DNA of 64,000 nucleotides from Antedon mediterranea (lineage: Eukaryota; Animalia; Echinodermata), in contig NC_092676.1 of NCBI RefSeq assembly GCF_964355755.1, positions 16,448,871-16,512,870 of the forward strand. The letters run 5' to 3'. Both the position numbers and the translations under genes were made by a program. Shown in pieces: positions 13,401 through 25,400 of this stretch; positions within the stretch are counted from its first letter, which is position 1; every line of letters begins with the position of its first letter. Below the pieces are notes generated by a model that was given only the letters and a program-made list of their open reading frames with translations, had not been told where the DNA came from and did no database searches.

Positions 13401-16400
13401 CTGTCATATCCACAATTTAATTTAAGAATGTTTTTAACCTTCATTTTCTGAAGCTTGGTATTTCTCATTTGCTTATTTTAATTATTATTTTAGTTGATAT
13501 TCAGTCCCGTTTTTCATGTTAATCTTCTTTTGAAATTTTATAATTTCCTTATATTTAAATTCATACACTTCGTTATGTGCCATTTTGTGTTTAAAGCCTT
13601 TATAAGAATTATTTCTGTTTTTATAGTGTAGTATCATTGTGCATTATGCAATTGTTTTTTAAATTAGATATACTGTATACTATATTTGATCATTGATAAA
13701 TTCCAGTTACTTTGTATTTATTTCTATTGTTTAAATGTATACCAACTTGATAGGTGATAATGAATTGCTTCCTGGTTGCGACATCATTTGGAAAGATTCT
13801 ATCTTTTAATTAATTATTTATAAACTTCCTAATTGTATTACTCACACTCAAACTACAGTTATCAGTTTCATTGTATATTTACTGTATCCCTATATGGTTT
13901 TATTTTTGGCAAAGGTGAATAAAATAAATAGTTGAAAGGAATCTAATAAATTCTAATCCAACTTCGGTAATTGCATTTTTTACAGTTCAGAAATTGCATT
14001 TTTAAATTGTATATATTAAAAAAATGTTTGTTTTAATATAGACCCACATAATGTAACAGCCCAAATCACGGGCAGATCCAGGGGTAGGGGTCGGTTTCGA
14101 AAATTAAAAAAGGCTGCTTCCAACCGAGATTTGAACCCTGACTCTTCTGCTTTCAGGATATGCAGACATCCTACCATTAGACCACTGCTGCTTTCGTAGT
14201 ATAGTCCAAATTCTAATTGGATAGCAACTTTTCAACACTCTGATAAATGAAATGCTTAGAATAGTAGGTAATAAAAGAGTATAACAATTACAGAGTACAT
14301 GACAATTGACATTAAAGTGTAATTTTAGTAAACAATCTATAGTTTATTTAAGTGTAATCTAAATTGAGTAATTTGTGATATTTGATCTATTGATATGGTA
14401 AACATAAAGGGTCATTTTAACTTGTACTCAATTGTACTCAATACATCTAACTGTAGAATAGACTGATATTATTTGTCATCAGTATAAAAACCAATAAAAT
14501 CAATAATCAGAATAATAAGCAAGCATATCAGATCCATTTTAAACAAATGGTCTGTTGTACAGTATGCACGTTGACAACATACTGGTGTGGGCTCAGCTGG
14601 TAACTATACTGTAGATGCTCAGATGACAACATACTCGTGTGGGCTCAGCTGGTAACTATACTGTAGATGCTCAGATGACAACATACTCGTGTGGGCTCAG
14701 CTGGTAACTATAGATGCTCAGATGACAACATACTGGTGTGGGCTCAGCTGGTAACTATAGATGCTCAGATGACAACATACTCGTGTGGGCTCAGCTGGTA
14801 ACTATACTGTAGATGCTCAGATGACAACATACTCGTGTGGGCTCAGCTGGTAACTATACTGTAGATGCTCAGATGACAACATACTCGTGTGGGCTCAGCT
14901 GGTAACTATAGATGCTCAGATGACAACATACTGGTGTGGGCTCAGCTGGTAACTATACTGTAGATGCTCAGATGACAACATACTCGTGTGGGCTCAGCTG
15001 GTAACTATACTGTAGATGCTCAGATGACAACATACTCGTGTGGGCTCAGCTGGTAACTATACTGTAGATGCTCAGATGACAACATACTCGTGTGGGCTCA
15101 GCTGGTAACTATACTGTAGATGCTCAGATGACAACATACTGATGTGGGCTCAGCTGGTAACTATAGATGCTCAGATGACAACATACTGATGTGGGCTCAG
15201 CTGGTAACTATAGATGCTCAGATGACAACATACTCGTGTGGGCTCAGCTGGTAACTATAGATGCTCAGATGACAACATACTGGTGTGGGCTCAGCTGGTA
15301 ACTATAGATGCTCAGATGACAACATACTGGTGTGGGCTCAGCTGGTAACTATAGATGCTCAGATGACAACATACTGGTGTGGGCTCAGCTGGTAACTATA
15401 GATGCTCAGATGACAACATACTGGTGTGGGCTCAGCTGGTAACTATAGATACACAGTGATGATATGCACACTTTCTCATTTTCCCTGGGATGATAATTTA
15501 TCAACCATGAATTAATTTAGTTTTCATATTGCATTGTGTATTGCATATTACTATTATTGCATATTAGCCTTCAGTTCATTTTCATAAAAGGCAAATGTAT
15601 GTAATATAACTTTTTGCACTCTACAATAACTTCAACACATTTGTGGATATTAGTACTACAGTACTTGACCATACTGTAGGCAGTAGTTTGTACCCTGATG
15701 CCAAGATTTAACCGCGGCATTGGACTAGCGGTGATTTTACCGAGACGATAGCAGACATTGGTCTTGGTTAATTTAACCCTGAAGGAATGTGGCCAGTTTT
15801 TGTTCTTTTTTTGGTTAATTAAGCTAGAGCGATGATTATTATTTTGACCAAATTAAGACAAGAAATTGATTGATAATATGAAATCTTAATTTCTTCTTTT
15901 ATTGTATACAGTACTTCTGGGTGGAGATATTACAGGGCTTATTTTATGTTTTCAACATTCTGTGCAACATGAGACAATTAACCATAGCCACTTCAATCAT
16001 CAATTAGTTTCAACCAATCACCTGTGGTTCAACAAACATAGCCACACAATTCCAATCATTCTATGAATAATACTTTGTTATCAAAGAAAAATTGTCTACC
16101 ATTTTCTACCCCCACTAAAGGTAACCACATACATCTGTGAACATTTCAGGCCTATATTCCACATTGAAATCATCAAAATGATGCCAAACACATTCCTCTT
16201 ACCAGATTTCAATCTAACCCATGATGAAACATTTAGCCTAGGACAACCTGAACATACCATTCAATTCATCTTTTTCAAGCTGATAAGGAACATCAAATAG
16301 TTTATCCATCTTATTGAGAGTTGAACCTGTAGAAAACAAACAAAAGGATGAATATAGTCTGTGCATTTATCAATACATTGTAAAGCGCGAAGATAATACA

Positions 16401-19400
16401 TTGTACTTAAATTATTCTAAAAGTGTGAAAAACCATTTACATGGTAATAAAAAAATCACATTAGTTTGATTGTTGGTGATTTACTACTGTTGTGGATTTA
16501 TTAAATGACATTTTGAAATTCTTTGCCTACAGGTACGCAGTTGGAAAAGAAAAGTGAGTGTTTTATACAGTGGAGAGATTTAAATGTTGGTGGCGCTTGG
16601 GGTTTGAACTTTGTATCGCCGGAGGAAGCCGATCATTTTATTACACTTTGCAAGGTAAGATTTTAAATAGTTAATTATTTTTTTGTGTCATTTACTGCAG
16701 TATAGTCCCAGGCAGCCTAGCTATAAAATGTGCGGAAGGAGGCGAGATTATACTCTGAATGTATAGTAAGGCGTACAAAAGTGTCCAATTTAGCTTAATT
16801 AGGGTGTGGGATTATACTCGAACATAGAATTATGCTCGGTCATATACGGTATCAGAAAGTACAGTATAGGTATTGTATGTGATGTCATTATTACATAAAA
16901 TATACAAATATTTTATTGTGTCTGAAGCCTGTGCACTACTTCAACAATAATAACTAATTGTTCTCTTTCAAACAAATATCCATATTTTACAAAAGCACTC
17001 TACAGTAGTTTCATGCTTTATTTTGTTTTTAGTTAACTGAATAGCTTCATTTATTTTATGCGACAGTACCATAGAACCCCTCCTCTATTGAGAGGGGGAA
17101 CCCCTATCAAGGGGATATTCCTGTGAAATAAACATAAGCAAATATATGTTTTAATACTATTGGCAACCTCTATTTAGGGGACACTTTTTTTTTATCCTTA
17201 ATACTCTTCTTTTTTTTTTCTGAACTCAAAAGTAAATTGATTTATGTACAGTAACTACATAATTAATGATCAAATGCTTTTTAAAAATAATTTCTTGAGA
17301 AAAATAAAGTAAATTTTAACTAAAGAATTTAAGAACATAGGCTTACATAAACTAAGATTGTAGAATGCCAGAATTTTTACTCCAAAATGTTAAATATTAT
17401 TTTTCAAATAAAAAAAAATATATTTTTTATGCAAGATTTATTGTAAAATAGGCGTTAAAATTTTGGTCTTTGTATTTCTTATATAATACACTATCGAACA
17501 AGAAGGATATTCAGTACTCGTACTCAGAATGTGTAATTAGCACGCATGATCGCTGTGCGTGAACAGATGCATATTTCTAGTAGTATAACTGAATCCTTTG
17601 GGACTATCGCAGATCTTATGCTTATTTCATTCAAACCAATAAATTGAGAAATTATAGCTAAGCAAACACTGCAGTATAAATTAAGACCTAAATGTATGCA
17701 GTGTGTGGATTCTAGAAACCCACCAATGTCAAGCATACTAGACTAATCAGTACCGAAATGGAGGCTTAGCCATTTGAATTAGAACAAAATGGTAGGTAAG
17801 AATACTATGATCGAATAAACGCCTTCAGTCAAATAAGCTATAATAGTGCTTGCTAGCTTGTACAGTTTTTTTCTGCTAAGCACGCCAGTTGAATATGCAC
17901 AGCGATTGGTATTACGTTACTGTGATAATATGGTAAAGCATACGATACATTAATCTAGTAATATCTTATTAAGCTTAATCAAAAGCTGTTAAAATATTAT
18001 TGAAAACTTGCAGTACAAAACTCCAGAAAGACAATTTAATTTTAATTTAATCATAGAGATATTATAACATCTCTATGATTTAATCTATAAATTGCCCAAA
18101 TACTCTACTCGACTCCTTGATACCACCAAAGTAAAGACACAGTACGGTACACAAGTATTGTGTGTACTGCACTGAAATCTAAATATAAAGTAAATAGCTA
18201 TAGGTATAGGATAAAGTATTTATAGGCAATGAAATACCATGATCAATATTGGAATCCTCAATATCAGTTTTATTTAAAAAGAAAACATAACACACTTTAA
18301 ACTCAACTCACAGTATTTTAGAGGTACTGTATACTGTAGTAAGGTTTGCCATTTATAGAACATAAATTAGAAAGGAAATAAAAACTATTTCCATACTCAT
18401 GGATTTAATATTTATAATCTTAACGCAAGGTAAAGCGGTAATCCATGGTGCTGATAATCAAGGTGTTCAGACACAACGAATAACTTTTCTATTGCCTATC
18501 ATTGAAATTCTGTCACCAAAATCAATCATGTGTTCATTGGCTGTTGTTAAAATTACTGATGCATCACAACATAGCGTTTTTTAATTTGCCCTTCACCGCC
18601 TGCCCTTTTCTGCTTGTCCTCTCCTGCTAGCCCCGCCTAGTTTCGTTCTCCTACCTGTCCTCTCTTACTGTACCTATCCAGGTGAGAGGCGTAACAGAGT
18701 TGTTTTACCCGAAAGCCACATATAATATAATACTAGTTGAGAGTCTACAGTACATACTGAAACATTTTAGCCAGAAGTTTGAAGGGATAGCAAGTAACAG
18801 GGTTGTACATTTTATAGAATGCATACAATATTTGATTATATTACATAGCCTATGTAAATACGCGAACGTGATTGGTTGAAACTGCATCACATGACTACCG
18901 CTGCGAGGATCGTAAATCGTATATATCCTCGAGAACGATGATATTGACTGTGTAATTTTCGCGTAATAATCGTGTCCCCTGTCATTAATCATAAAAATTC
19001 TCGAGTACGATGATATTGACTGTGTAATTTTCGTGTGCAACACTCGAGTTTGCCGATAAATAAACAAAAGTCATCTACTCGATCTTGAACTCGGGTGGAA
19101 TTGTCACTCCATCGCAAGACAACGTTTCATCCGCTGGGCCACGGAATTTGCTTGAAGAAATTAATCTTCTAAACTATTTAAGCTATGCATACATAGCGCC
19201 CTCATTTGTTATAAGTCCACCCTAAATGTGATGAAACACCGTTTGTGATTGGTCAATACTCACGGTAGTAACTAGTACGCGCTGAACATCCGGTGATTCG
19301 GCTCCTCGAAGATCGAGAGAAGACGAATTGTTTATTGTTTATTCGGCCTACCTGATTATAATATTATTATTAATAGGCTTATTGATAGAAATTCTTCTGT

Positions 19401-22400
19401 TAATTTAAACGACCTAGGCCTAAGTGAATATTTTATTGCCAAGGAATCATCAATTAGTAATTATCTGTATATTATTCTTCGCAAGGTAAGGTGTCTAGGC
19501 AGGCTTGTTTTAAATACAATACAAATACTATTAGGAGGCCTAGCCTAGCTTCACCCAACCCAGCAGACTTGTTCTTGGCTATATAATATAACAGATATTG
19601 CCTTTTATATCGGTTAAATATAAGATTTGACATCCCCTCGGGAATGATATTAAGTTCTCGGGGAATATATATTTCCCTCAGCTGGCGCTTCGGGAAATAT
19701 ATATTCCCTCGAACTTAATATCATTCCCTCGGGGATGTCAAATCTTATATTTAACCTCTAAGCAGTCAATATCTGTATAATACCGACAGAATCTTAAGCA
19801 TGAAACACTTTGACTACTGTAAGTAATTGTGATTATCAATAGACATTTTGTAGTTTATTTGGACTAATTAATTGACACATTGATGAATTCTGTAACTACT
19901 GTACAGTATATTCATCAACAGACATTTCAACATGCTAAAGCATCAGCTTGTGGACTGCAAAACAAAATCTTTGTTTCATAGTTAAAAGTTGAAATATTTT
20001 CTATAAGTTGTCTAATACCACTTGACTTTTAAGTCATTGGTGAAAGGTCTTTATTTTGTGTTTAAGCCTCCATATGATGCTTCATATCTCCATAGTGATG
20101 CTAAACAAAGATATATATGACTTGCTTCCCTCAACCTACTTACTAGTGTACTACAGTAGTCCATATAAAGGGGTGGGGGAGGTTTAGGAAGTTAGGGAGA
20201 AGTGGAAGAGGGAAGGAAGATAGATACTAGATAACTATGAAACTGTAATTCACTCTCTCATGGACCAATACTCAATCATGTCCTCCATACTGTAGGCCTA
20301 CTGTACATCAAAATGACCTTGTCGTATTAGTGTTGTGTCTTTGATTAAGTTTTTGAACTTCTCATTCCGTTGAACTTGTGGACACATTATATGAAACACA
20401 ACCATACCTATACCTGGCTATCTCATCAGTCGATTTATTCCTGTATGTCTTCAATTTTGGTTGTGGTTTTATTAAATTAGAAGGTATTGATAAGTTGATA
20501 TTGCAAATCCTTTGTAAAGAGAAATATGAACAATACACTAGATTAGCTTAAGCGTTTTTCAATACTTTATTGAGTATAAGAAAAATGTTTTGTATAGATT
20601 TTGATAGATAGCAAAAGTTGTTTCAGTTTTGTAATGTAATGTAGTAATGTATAAAAAGCTGACCAATTATGGTGTTTAATGTTTGTTGTGAAGCTTTCAT
20701 TCTCTAATTAATGTATTTAGAATCGATTATAAAACATTCAAGACAGTCACACAAACAATACATACTGGATAGCATTAGTAGGGCAGAGGTGTTAACTGTA
20801 AAATGTACAGTGAGTATGTAAATTTGTTTTAATGTCTATCGATAAATTGTAAATTAAATTATTTTTAGTTTCATTATTATATTCATGTCTTTTATTAATG
20901 TTGGAGGACTTTCTGCACGGCAAACTTAACAATAAGACTGGACATCATATGGGTTTGCAGCCGACTCTCATATAATTCTTTGGCACAAGTCTTCTACAGT
21001 AGTTTAGTTTTGGTCACATCAATCTTCCATGTGCACTATCTGTCAAGTATGAGTTATCCCATTGAGGAAAGAAAATATATGAAAGATGTAACATGACTCT
21101 CAAGGGAGAAAAATGTTATTTCAATTTATTTTTCCAAATTTACTAAAGAAAAAGAGATGTTTAGGTTTAATAGGAATTTAGGAATAGGAAATGTGACATT
21201 CTGCTATATTGCTCACATTAACTAATTAAACGTCATATTATAATATCTCTTGGTATGTAGTCCAGCACTTTAATATTCTCTGTATAATTTGAATTCCTTA
21301 CTGTACATCATCCTGTTAAATTAACGCATATGTTACCATATTGCACGGCGACATTTTCACAAGGACACATATAATATTAGCTTTTGCTGACAGTTTTCTG
21401 TTTAATATCGGTACAATTTATATAAAATAAAATGTTTGATATTGCAATATACTATTTCAAAGAATTGGTAATATTTCATATAAGTTAAAATTTCTTTATA
21501 ATGTAATGTATTCTGTTGTCATAATTATGTTATAATTATGTAGAAATGTGGCCGGTGCGTTAATACTGAAGAATTAAAGCCTTTTTATTAAATGTTCTAA
21601 TTGCAATTTGATTTTAATGACGCGGTACAGTAGCTAATAACAGCAACATTTTTTTTTTCATTTTGTTATGACGATCGCCACTAGGATGCGTGTCTACTGA
21701 GTAAAAAAGTACTTCTGAACATGCTAAGAAACATATAGGCATGCGCAGAATGTCTGTTGGGTTCAATAGCTGCATATAGATATGATGCGTACAGTAGATG
21801 TATCATTCTGAGCATGCTCAGGAACATAAACATGCGCAGAATGTCTGTTAGGCTCAATAGCTGCATATAGATATGATGCGTAGATGTAAAGTAATTCTGA
21901 GCATGCTCACAAACATGAACATGCGCAGAATGTCTGTTCAGTGTTAGACCCAATAGCAGCATATATGTTATGCGTAGATGTAAAGTCATTCTGAGGATGC
22001 TCAGAAACATAAACATGCACAATTTCTGTTCTGATTGCTCACTAGCTGCATAGATGTTATGTGTGGATGTAAAGTTTTGCACATGCTCAGAAACATATAA
22101 GCATGCCACAATATCTATAGCTGCGCCTTGAAAATGAAGAACGTTATAAATTATTTAAAATTGTTTAAATTAATGTCTACTTACAAGTAACAACAATGAA
22201 GACTTAAAACTCAAATTTAATGCAGAGAACATTTTAATTATTTTTATTTTTACATTTTTATTTGCAATAACTACTGATCAATCTGATTTTGGAGCCGGAA
22301 ACATAGTTTTTGTATTGCATTTTTGTTAAACAATTTTATGCGTACCAATAAGGTGGTATTGTGGACTAAGCATTTGGCTTTGCTACACTGGCGAAAATGT

Positions 22401-25400
22401 TCCCTGATCTGTTCATGTTTGTTCAAGTCAAGTTATCCTGCTGGAAAAGACATTTATTTAATTATAGATTTAAAAGAGATTAAAATTGTCAGCTATCATT
22501 TCCTTCTGAGGCAATATAACCATATTTGACTGATCATTAATGATCTATAGGCCTATAATAATACTGCCAGACATAAATAGAAGTATAACGTTTACTGTAT
22601 ATACTGTATGTATTTATTATTGGCCCCCTGAACATTTTTTTGTTAAATACGCCATTTTAATGCCACATAATAGTTTATAGCTTTGAACACATTTGTTTCT
22701 CCAGAAATATTTTTTGTACCAGAGGAACAGTGTTATTTTGTTGCTCGTATGTTCTTCTTTTAGACTGGACACCACTAGACACCACAGTAACATCAAATAT
22801 GCTACTTTTAAATTTGAACTATAAAACACATTTTGATGGATTCCTACCTAATCATTAGGGCAAGATGAGACTCTTTCCTGTCTATTACCATGAAACAAAA
22901 TGTGGTATTTTTTAATGAGGAATCACCTTGTCCACAGTATAAACTGTAAACTTTACTCCATTTGTTTTTTTAGCGAACCAGCAGCCACAGTCACCAACAT
23001 ACGTCATGTCTAGATAACCTGTGTAATACCTGGAAATGAAATATTTTAAACAAATAATGAGTACTGTAATCTTGATCAATTGTATTATAATATAATCATT
23101 TATTTTTTTATTTTTAATTGAATAATTTATTTTTTTATTTTTAATTGAATAATTTAATTTCATTAATAATATTTTGTGTACATTCATACTGTATATTTTT
23201 TCAATTTGAATTTGTTATGTATATTATTATTATTATGTAAAAGCTTTGAGCATTTTTTAGAGGAAGAATAAAATGTATCTAAATTGTCATCCCCAAAAGT
23301 TCATCATCACCATGTCTCTTACAGATAATTATCATCAGATTTGAAACATGTTAATGGACACCCTATTTTGTATTGCCATCATCAAACCTACAGTTTGCAT
23401 ACTACTGTACTCTCCCTTGGGTTCCTGTTATAGTTTTTGGTGTTTTGAAATACAGTACAGTACTGTAGAATAATTATTAAACACTTTTACTGACAGTATA
23501 TACTATATATACAGTATGTAGGCTGTAATTTTTCATTTATTTTAATTATGCACCATATGCAGTACAAGAGTAAGCCATTATATATTGTTTGTATTTATTT
23601 TTTTTTTAATTATTTACTGACAAAAATATAATTTTCCAAACTATGTACTGTACTAATTATTACCATTATAATTATCATATGGTATGTGGTTTTTTAAAAA
23701 TTGAATGTGTTTATTTGTTTTATTGTTCGTAATTGTTTTTAGGGGATGTTTATCGGAGAAATATGTTGAAATAAATATAGTTGAAATAAATAATACAATT
23801 TTGTGTGGTGGGGTGTTAATTCGTGAGGAAAAATAAACGCTCCAGGGCGTTTATTCGAGGGACTCTGTATTTACTGAGTGACAAAAATATAATTTTCCAA
23901 ACTAGACCTTTTACACTTCAATATAATATTGATTAATGTACAGTATGGTATGGCTACTGTATGTATGTCAATTTCAACGATATCCTCCTTATATCTCAAT
24001 ACAATTACATAGTACACATTTATAATTCCTTTGCTAAGTACTGGATTACATCCTCAACTAATACTTTATGTCCATTAGGGAAATGAGGTAGGTAGACGGA
24101 TGTTGTACAGGAAAGGGAAAGCCAGATAGTAATCAGGTCCTATTGCAGAGGTTTAGTAACCTTTTGTATGACCTGGTATTAAGTCGGCCAGATATTGAAT
24201 AGTTTCTCAGGTGTGATTAATATCTCACCTAACGATCTTGTGTTCACTGGAATAGATAGTGCAGATAGAACCAAAGTGTGAGTATCCAACCCTTATCTCC
24301 ATTATTTTATTGTAAATACAATTATAACTACTTTTTACATAATAACTGCTTGTGTATTAAAATTTAGTTCCTAGTTCTTTAATTGTTTATTTCATCTAAA
24401 CGCTACAGTAGTTTTGTTCGCCATCCCGTACGTTTTTGAGCGAGTATGTGTCTAGGTCCATGCGTGAAAGGTCTTGTTTCTTTCTGAATGTATAATCATA
24501 TTAATAATATGTTATATTTTTGTTTAGAAATATTTATTTAGATATTATTTATTTAAACTATTTTGTGTGAACAATTAGGCCTAGGCTATCCTCAGAATTG
24601 TTCAATGTTTATGTTTTTTTCTAGTTTCTAAAACTACTTTGAATTTTCTAAATTGACATGAATTTATTTCAGCCTACATAGCTGGGAGGTTTCTACTACA
24701 TTAAAGTGGTTAAAGTATACATTTTATAGTACACGCGTACAGTATTTACTCAATTTAACCAGCTCAATTTTGTTCAATCTATTTTATGAGAAATAATAGA
24801 GTGAGAAATAATAAAATATTAATATTTTATAATAATTAATTACTAATTATATTATTATTATTATTATTATTATTGAAGTATAGGTTTAGGTATTTGAATC
24901 AGATAGACCAATACAATCGTACCTCCTTAGAATCTGAGCTATTGTCTGTTTGTGGGAACATTTTTTAATTTTGACGATTTTAAAGATAACCCATTTACCC
25001 ACCAGACCCAAACCGTTTTATTATTTTTAATGAAAGGGGGTAGGGTGTTTTATTGTGTAAATATGATTTTCAGGTAACTATGGAAATAACAATAGCAGAG
25101 GTCATAATTGAAGTGTTAAGTTTGATTTAAAAAAATTGGTACCATCTAGTCTTTTTTATATTGTTGTTATAATGTTTTTCTAGTGATAATTTAGGCACAC
25201 ATTGATAATTGTAATGTCTGTCAGTAATTTGTGATGAAAACTATTTTTTTCAGTATTTTTATTACACAGTATATTGTATTTTAAGCATTGATTTATTTGT
25301 ATTATTTACCTCCGCCAAGGAGGTATATGTAATCGGTAGCGTGTGTTTGTTTGTTTGTTTGTTTGTTAGCAGGATTACTCAAAAAGTAATTACAAGATCT

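Noticed and set aside
14112-14191. Functional tRNA gene
   Set aside because: A and B boxes are present but the acceptor and anticodon stems do not form canonically.
14572-15450. CRISPR-like array
   Set aside because: Units are head-to-tail with no unique spacers, there are no cas genes, and the context is a eukaryotic intron.
18705-19067. 120-aa minus-strand ORF
   Set aside because: It arises from an internal direct repeat of the putative element and has no recognisable motif.
21681-22109. 142-aa minus-strand ORF
   Set aside because: It is a translation of the ~90-bp tandem repeat with no domain or splice support.
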